Positions 58,540 to 64,000 of a stretch of DNA of 64,000 nucleotides are shown here, piece by piece (the stretch's first letter is position 1; each line of letters begins with the position of its first letter). Made by a program: the position numbers and the translations under genes. The notes under the pieces are model-generated. The model ran no database searches. It worked only from the letters and a program-made list of their open reading frames with translations, and was not told the origin of the DNA. This stretch comes from an uncultured Candidatus Moduliflexus sp. (lineage in GTDB: Bacteria > Moduliflexota > Moduliflexia > Moduliflexales > Moduliflexaceae): assembly GCA_964602655.1 (NCBI GenBank), contig CAZRSF010000017.1, forward strand, positions 24,116-88,115, given 5' to 3'.

Positions 58540-59790
58540 TCACAATTTCTTTATATCTGGAATTCCGGCTCTGCTGTTATGGGAATATAATTTTTGCAGA
58601 AAATCGTTTTTGTATGGATCATCAAAACTACAAATAAAACTTAATACAATTTCTTTTCCTTGAAATAAAAATATATCTTTATACTCCATCTGTTTAGGTG
58701 TTTTAGGATATTTTCTCATTTCATTAAATTTATCTAATTTATCTTTGGGAAGAGATTTGGACAATTTATCTATCACCTCTTCAGAAAGATACTGTTGTAT
58801 AATGATTTTGGATTTAAAAATTGCCACAAAATCAATCAGATTATTTTCTATAGATAACGCTGGGAAAAGATGCCAGGAAGGTTCTTTGAATTCTTTAATG
58901 CTTTTCCTCGCTTCTGATTTTAAGGCTAACTCTTGATTATCGAATTGCTGCAATTCAATAAGTTCAAGATATTTCGTGCTGCCTTGTTCAATGTCGCAAG
59001 CGGGGGTGATGACAATCCCATATTTAAGAATCTTTCCAGTATCGAATCTTACAATATCGCCATTACGAATCATTGTTGCATCTGATTCGTAATAAAGCAT
59101 TTTATTCAGGATGTATCTTCGTTTTTCATCTTTCCCAATGCTCTTAGCAAAATCTCGCGCATTTCGTAAAAGTTGCTTCAAATCACCAGTAAATCTGGTA
59201 TTTTTGACCAACTCTCGATGAATAAGATTTAAGATAAAATCATTACTCCAATCTATATTTTCTTCTTCTCCAATAAGAAATTTGAGGAGAGCAGCAATAT
59301 CCTGATTTGGAAGTTGCATTAAATCGAAAAAAACTTTTTCGATTCCGCCTCTGATGACTTGACGATATACATTGCTGATTTGGGCTGTTAGCGATTGTTG
59401 AAACCATTGAGAAATTTTTTGTTCAAGGATAATTGAAGAGACATTTTCTTTAGAAATTGCAGTAATCAATGCTTTCGGGTAAGAAATTTCATCTCTTAAA
59501 ACGCTTTCATCATAATTTGAAATATGATTTGACCAAATAAAGACGGGAATAAAATATCTGTTTTGCAAATGCTTTAAAACTAAGAGACTCAACAAATGGT
59601 TCTGTTCTTCTAAATACCAGTCTAAAATAACCACATCAAAGTTGATGCCAGAATCAAGAATTGTAATCGCGTCATCTTTTGTTCCACAGCAGTGAAGAGT
59701 AATCTGGTTTTGTTGAAAGTCTTCACGTAATGTTTCTTCAAAATCAAGATAGTCATCATCAATAAGTAGCACTCGCTGTACGTTATTCAT
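58540..59790 (-). CDS. Response regulator: N-terminal REC domain fused to an uncharacterised ~300-aa C-terminal output domain
   Basis: REC hallmarks are present (VLLIDDD…, phospho-acceptor context DVVILDWYL, PVFIWS). GGAG lies 9 nt before the ATG at 59790. The start overlaps the upstream kinase stop (ATGAATAA). Confidence 0.7.
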   Translation of the reverse strand: MNNVQRVLLIDDDYLDFEETLREDFQQNQITLHCCGTKDDAITILDSGINFDVVILDWYLEEQNHLLSLLVLKHLQNRYFIPVFIWSNHISNYDESVLRDEISYPKALITAISKENVSSIILEQKISQWFQQSLTAQISNVYRQVIRGGIEKVFFDLMQLPNQDIAALLKFLIGEEENIDWSNDFILNLIHRELVKNTRFTGDLKQLLRNARDFAKSIGKDEKRRYILNKMLYYESDATMIRNGDIVRFDTGKILKYGIVITPACDIEQGSTKYLELIELQQFDNQELALKSEARKSIKEFKEPSWHLFPALSIENNLIDFVAIFKSKIIIQQYLSEEVIDKLSKSLPKDKLDKFNEMRKYPKTPKQMEYKDIFLFQGKEIVLSFICSFDDPYKNDFLQKLYSHNSRAGIPDIKKL

Positions 59791-61921
59791 TATGATTCTC
59801 CGTAAATGTGATTTTGAACGATGCTCCTTGTAATAAACCGATTTCTGGATAATCATCTTTCGATACAAGGGCAATATCCCAATTCTTCTCCTCTAAAATT
59901 TCTTTAACAATATACAAACCAAGCCCCCGTCCATCCTCAATTTTTGTAGTGAAAAACGGTTCGAAAATTTTATCTTTATACCGCGAAATCACTCCAGAAC
60001 CACTATCCGAGACAAACACAGAAGATGTTTTGGCATCAAGAATAATCCGAATACTACGTTTATCCAGTTCGGATTTACGCGACAACCAGAAAATTGCGTT
60101 ATCAATCAGATTGTTAAAAATCTGCATACAAGAGCCTTCTCGCATTTTTACGATAAAACTTTCTCCCTGCATTTCAATCTGAATAGATTCTTTTTCTAAC
60201 CAACGCTCTTGTAAAGCTATCGTATTTTCAATAATCTTCCGGATCTCTAATTCTTTTTCATTTGCAACCTTTTTAACGTAAAACATTGGACCTAAAAGAC
60301 GAATATCATTTCGTAATGCTTCTAAGGAGCTATAGAGCAAATCGAGTTCTTTTTTGATCTTCGGGGATAATGGATCAAGAAATTTTTTGAGTCTTCCTAA
60401 CGCATCAAGAGCGCCACGCACCAGACGAGCAAATTCATGCGTAAATCGTTCAGCGGCTAAACCTGTCCCTGCAAGACTAAACAATGTCTCTTTTTCCTGT
60501 TTCTGTGATTCAAAAGACTCTTTTACTTCTTCCTCAAATGTTGTGATCTCATTCACAGAATTCTCAAGAATCGCGGCAACTTTGACATTATTTTCTTTGT
60601 GACTTTCTGCAAGCTTATCTGCTAAAGTTGAAAGTTTTGTTTTCGCCTGTTGAAGAGGTTCACTATTATAATCCTGTTTTTTTTCTTTTTTCGGCCTATC
60701 TGCTAAACGCTCGTGCTCTAACACTTGTATTGTAGCAAGAACAAGCTCTCGAAATTGATGAAATGCAAGGTTTTCAATTAATCCTTCACGATTGGTCTTA
60801 TCTTTTAAAAGTTGATTTTCGATCTGGTTGACCTCAATCATGCCAATTATTGTTTTATTGTCAATCTTTCCTGTCGGATCTTGCACTCTTCTTTTATCCA
60901 ATTCAAGCCAATCATCACCTCTCTCTCCGTAAGGAAGAATTCGTATTCCATCCCTATAAATACTCACTCCACACAACTCTTCAATATCTTTTTTAATCAC
61001 CCCTGATTTTTGCAACCATTCAGGAGATTTATCATAATTATGCAAATTAACAATAAAGCTACCACAAATAAGTTCTTCTTGTATTTTGAGGGAATATTCT
61101 TTAATTAGATTAATTTGCCCATTTTTTTGAGTTGGTTTATATCCTGGAACAAAAAAATAATATTCAAACTCAAGTACACCTTGAGTATCTACTATGCCCC
61201 AAAATTTATAATGAGCTTTTTCTAAAATGTCAGAGATTTCAAGGTTTCCATATTTCAGAAATTCTTCTGGACAATCTTCAATTTTCAAAGTGACATCAAA
61301 ATCAGTTGCTCCTTTGAATGGACTTTTCATTCTTTTTAAAGTATTAGCAACACGTTTTATATCAGTCTCAGTCCAATTCGATTTCAAATGAGAAATCTCT
61401 AATAATACTCCTGATTCTTCCTGTTGAAATTCTATTAATGATCTTTCTGCATAACCTATTTCAATATCGTTCAGGTCTTTTCCTTCCACATCAAATTCTT
61501 GCCAGTCAATAGAAACTACTAACTCAATATTAGAATCTTTTACTTTAGAAATCAACGTCAGTGTATTTCCGATCTGTTGAGCTGCAAATCTTCCCACTCC
61601 CTTTTCCCCTAATGGAAGCCTACCCAGTAGTGTTCTTTCTTGTTTGGCTTTTTGCTTTTCTTTATGACCTGAGGCAGGATTCATCCACTTCGTAAGAAAA
61701 GTTTCTGTATCCATCCCACAACCATCATCTCTAATAGTGATCTTTGCGCTAGAAGTATTTAACGCAACCATACTCACCTGAACAGAGGTTGCATCAGCAT
61801 CGTAACTATTTTTAACGAGTTCTACAAGCCCAACAGAAGCGTCCTTGATCAGTTGTTCTCCAAGAATCTGGATTAATCTCGCTTTCGGGGTAAAAGCCTG
61901 TTTGCCTGTTTTCATATTCAT
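59783..61921 (-). CDS. Fusion protein: N-terminal MORC/HATPase_c_3-type GHKL ATPase, central linker, C-terminal histidine kinase (DHp-like H-box + HATPase_c)
   Basis: The N-terminus reads …LVELVKNSYDADAT…ITIRDDGCGMD… (GHKL Bergerat fold). The C-terminus has a candidate H-box (ERFTHEFARLV), an N-box (QIFNNLIDNAIFW), G1 (DSGSGV) and G2 (GRGLGLYIVKE). The start codon directly abuts the HerA stop (TAAATG). Confidence 0.8.
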   Translation of the reverse strand: MNMKTGKQAFTPKARLIQILGEQLIKDASVGLVELVKNSYDADATSVQVSMVALNTSSAKITIRDDGCGMDTETFLTKWMNPASGHKEKQKAKQERTLLGRLPLGEKGVGRFAAQQIGNTLTLISKVKDSNIELVVSIDWQEFDVEGKDLNDIEIGYAERSLIEFQQEESGVLLEISHLKSNWTETDIKRVANTLKRMKSPFKGATDFDVTLKIEDCPEEFLKYGNLEISDILEKAHYKFWGIVDTQGVLEFEYYFFVPGYKPTQKNGQINLIKEYSLKIQEELICGSFIVNLHNYDKSPEWLQKSGVIKKDIEELCGVSIYRDGIRILPYGERGDDWLELDKRRVQDPTGKIDNKTIIGMIEVNQIENQLLKDKTNREGLIENLAFHQFRELVLATIQVLEHERLADRPKKEKKQDYNSEPLQQAKTKLSTLADKLAESHKENNVKVAAILENSVNEITTFEEEVKESFESQKQEKETLFSLAGTGLAAERFTHEFARLVRGALDALGRLKKFLDPLSPKIKKELDLLYSSLEALRNDIRLLGPMFYVKKVANEKELEIRKIIENTIALQERWLEKESIQIEMQGESFIVKMREGSCMQIFNNLIDNAIFWLSRKSELDKRSIRIILDAKTSSVFVSDSGSGVISRYKDKIFEPFFTTKIEDGRGLGLYIVKEILEEKNWDIALVSKDDYPEIGLLQGASFKITFTENHNE

Positions 61922-63571
61922 TTACTCCGTATGTTCACGTTTACTTGAGCAAGGCCGCATACTTGTCATAATCGGATGCTGAAATTGAGGCGAAACAATT
62001 ATACAATTTCCTTGTCCTAAAGTAGGGACTTCATCCCAAACAGATTCATTAACGCTACCAGCCGATGTTTTTAATACTTTGAGGTTATGACTGCCGGTTG
62101 TCTGGTGAATAACTTTAGTATTACACAATTCATAAATTTCATCGGGCAGGTGTGATGGCTGTTGAGAGATAAAACAGAGTCCTAACCAACGTTTTCTTCC
62201 CCGTCGAGCGACTTCACGTAAGCGATCCAGCAGAGCTTCCATTTTGCTGGCATTTTCTCTACTGACAAAGGTATGCGCTTCTTCGATGACAATTAAGGTC
62301 GGCGGTAAATTCTCGTCATGGATTTTTTGATCAAACACCTTTCTTAGAAGATAAGCGATTACAATATTATTAACGCGGACATTATAGGAATTACTTAAAT
62401 CAATTACGCTTACTTTTCCTGGTCTGATTAATGCCGTAGGATCAAGATATTCTTCCGCTAAATCAAAGATGCCAAACCTTTTTAGGCGTTCTAATAATCT
62501 TTTAACAACAAACCATGAAGATTTATCTGCCCCATTTGCTGAATTTATATGATCATTTACAGATTTAACTACATCTTTTAACGTAAGATCAGGGTAATCC
62601 TCATCTTCAAGAAATTCATTCTCTTCGAGAGCTTTCCATTGATTAGAAGATGACTTTTTCTTTTGCGCTTTATCTCCATTACAAATCCGATCTCTCACTT
62701 CATTCCATGCACTAATAAATCGGTCTTCCTGATTTTCATTCATCCCCATAATCGCTGATAATTCATAGGGGGAAAGACTTCCAAATGGAATTCCGAATTC
62801 TATAGCATCTTTTCTTTTTGTCTCTGTTGCCAAAGGAAAATATACCTGAAAGTCATTCAACCCTTTGGCAGTAATTTTAAAACGTTCTGCAATTTTTTGA
62901 AATTCTTTGTTTTTAAGAATTTCTTCAGATGGATAATCCATTGAGATATACTCACCTTCTACATCAAGAACAATTACTGCCCAACCTGCTGAACTTGCCT
63001 CTTCAATAAGTACTTGTGAGGAATTTGTTTTTCCAGACCCAACAGTTCCGAATATTCCTGTATTTCTTGGAAGAACTGATTTTTTATTACCATCGAAATG
63101 AACTCGAATATCGCCATACCCACTAAGTTGGCCGAGATACATGTTTCCTTGCAGACGAAGCAAGTCTTCTATTTTTTCAGGCGGTAATGGAAATATAGCA
63201 GACTTTGGGCGTGGTCTCGTTTGAACGCTTGATAAATTCGCAGAAGTAAGGTTAAAAAGGCCGAGCAGTTCTACAAAACAAATACCATGATAATCTGGCA
63301 AAAATCCAATTTTACCAGCCTGAATAATTGCCGTTTTAGCAAACGCAGATTCACGGCTCACAGCATCAGGCGTATAAAAAGGGCCTTTAACAATCCGTGC
63401 CAAATAAAAATGCTCTTCTTTACTGGATTCAACAATGACATATTTCCCTCTGAAGATTTCCTTAATTTTATCAAAAGGAACTCTGATTTCCACTTCGTTA
63501 TTCGACCCGCCAGGCGCTGAATCAAAATTAACAAATCCAATTGCGTGTTCTTTTGCAAAACCTGTTTCCAT
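61922..63571 (-). CDS. herA: HerA-like FtsK/HerA-superfamily ATPase (HAS-barrel N-domain + ATPase core)
   Basis: Walker A GTVGSGKTN, Walker B LIVIEEAHTF and the HerA-type ISQQPSHLPDEIYELCNTKVIHQ motif are present. AAGGAG lies 8 nt before the ATG at 63571. Confidence 0.8.
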   Translation of the reverse strand: METGFAKEHAIGFVNFDSAPGGSNNEVEIRVPFDKIKEIFRGKYVIVESSKEEHFYLARIVKGPFYTPDAVSRESAFAKTAIIQAGKIGFLPDYHGICFVELLGLFNLTSANLSSVQTRPRPKSAIFPLPPEKIEDLLRLQGNMYLGQLSGYGDIRVHFDGNKKSVLPRNTGIFGTVGSGKTNSSQVLIEEASSAGWAVIVLDVEGEYISMDYPSEEILKNKEFQKIAERFKITAKGLNDFQVYFPLATETKRKDAIEFGIPFGSLSPYELSAIMGMNENQEDRFISAWNEVRDRICNGDKAQKKKSSSNQWKALEENEFLEDEDYPDLTLKDVVKSVNDHINSANGADKSSWFVVKRLLERLKRFGIFDLAEEYLDPTALIRPGKVSVIDLSNSYNVRVNNIVIAYLLRKVFDQKIHDENLPPTLIVIEEAHTFVSRENASKMEALLDRLREVARRGRKRWLGLCFISQQPSHLPDEIYELCNTKVIHQTTGSHNLKVLKTSAGSVNESVWDEVPTLGQGNCIIVSPQFQHPIMTSMRPCSSKREHTE

Positions 63572-63584
63572 AGTTCTTCTCCTT

Positions 63585-64000
63585 CTACTTTTGACGTAAG
63601 GAATCTTCTGGCATTTCGGAAAGAAACTCTCCTTCTTGCGCAAGTTTAAACTCAACAATATTATTAAAATCTGTTGCCTTAAACAAAGTTGAACAGAGGT
63701 TATCCGCATAATCAATTAATAACGGAAATCCTTTTTCTCTTTGAAACATTGCATCTCTGGCAATAATTCTTGCGGCCTGTTCGAAATAATCCTGATGTGC
63801 ATGGAAAACATAAGGACGCTGAGAGATTTTAATGATTCCAATAAGAATTTTAGAAGCTTCTTGCTTTAAAAAGTGAGTCATTCTAAGCAATTCTTCTTCT
63901 CGCCATTTGTCTTTTGCCATAAAATCTTCATTTCTCAATAATTCCATTCCAACATTTGTATGCTTTAATAAAAAATATTCTCCTGAATTTAATGCCATAC
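63585..64000 (-). CDS. Partial CDS (C-terminal ≥138 aa) of an unknown protein immediately upstream of the HerA-like gene; the 5' end lies outside the window
   Basis: The ORF is open to the window edge and ends 13 nt before the HerA start. I could assign no domain from the visible part. Confidence 0.5.
   Translation of the reverse strand, partial: MALNSGEYFLLKHTNVGMELLRNEDFMAKDKWREEELLRMTHFLKQEASKILIGIIKISQRPYVFHAHQDYFEQAARIIARDAMFQREKGFPLLIDYADNLCSTLFKATDFNNIVEFKLAQEGEFLSEMPEDSLRQK

Larger units (their letters stand above)
58540..64000 (-). other. AT-rich (~35% GC) genomic island carrying a HerA / GHKL-histidine kinase / response-regulator operon; the right end lies outside the window
   Basis: GC content drops sharply at ~58540-58560 relative to the ~57% flanks. 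Four co-directional, tightly coupled ORFs occupy the island. Confidence 0.7.

Overview
This 64 kb window is chromosomal DNA of a moderately GC-rich (about 55-58%) bacterium that is probably diderm, since it carries an omptin-like outer-membrane protease, a lytic transglycosylase and a type IV pilus PilT. Most of the window is ordinary core and accessory chromosome. From the start it carries a CorC/HlyC-family gene (partial), a Ser/Thr kinase-WD40 protein, an SPFH protein, a degenerate tRNA cluster, an AraC regulator and an OsmC protein. Then come a B12-binding radical-SAM enzyme and a polyphosphate cluster (CHAD protein, ppk1, SixA-like phosphatase, two-domain PPK2). A 1.9 kb AT-rich gene-poor stretch follows, then a RelE/antitoxin pair, a giant pentapeptide-repeat protein, a MATE transporter, a WYL regulator and a TrmH-family methyltransferase. 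An AT-rich pair (lipoprotein plus omptin-like protease) and a tungstate/molybdate-type ABC transporter come next. The carbohydrate locus that follows has an aldose-epimerase-like protein, a DUF5107-like TPR giant and a sugar ABC transporter, all on the minus strand. It lies divergent from a sigma-54 response regulator and a sensor kinase that carries a degenerate ABC-ATPase domain. The remainder holds lipB, a metallophosphoesterase, VanZ, cstA, glycyl-tRNA synthetase, mreB, a DHH phosphoesterase, alaS and pilT. At least five families of REP-like palindromic repeats, more than 20 copies in all, are scattered through the intergenic regions. The strongest candidate for a new system is an AT-rich (about 35% GC) island starting near 58,540 and running off the window end. 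It is a tightly coupled minus-strand operon: a partial upstream ORF, a HerA-like FtsK/HerA-superfamily ATPase, a protein fusing a MORC-like GHKL ATPase to a histidine kinase, and a response regulator with an uncharacterised ~320-aa output domain. I call this a HerA-associated two-component module with likely defence-island character. Next to it sit a decayed HigA antitoxin gene and a truncated GC-rich ORF, which probably mark the insertion site. All calls rest on reading motifs in the sequence and ORF translations; no database search was possible.
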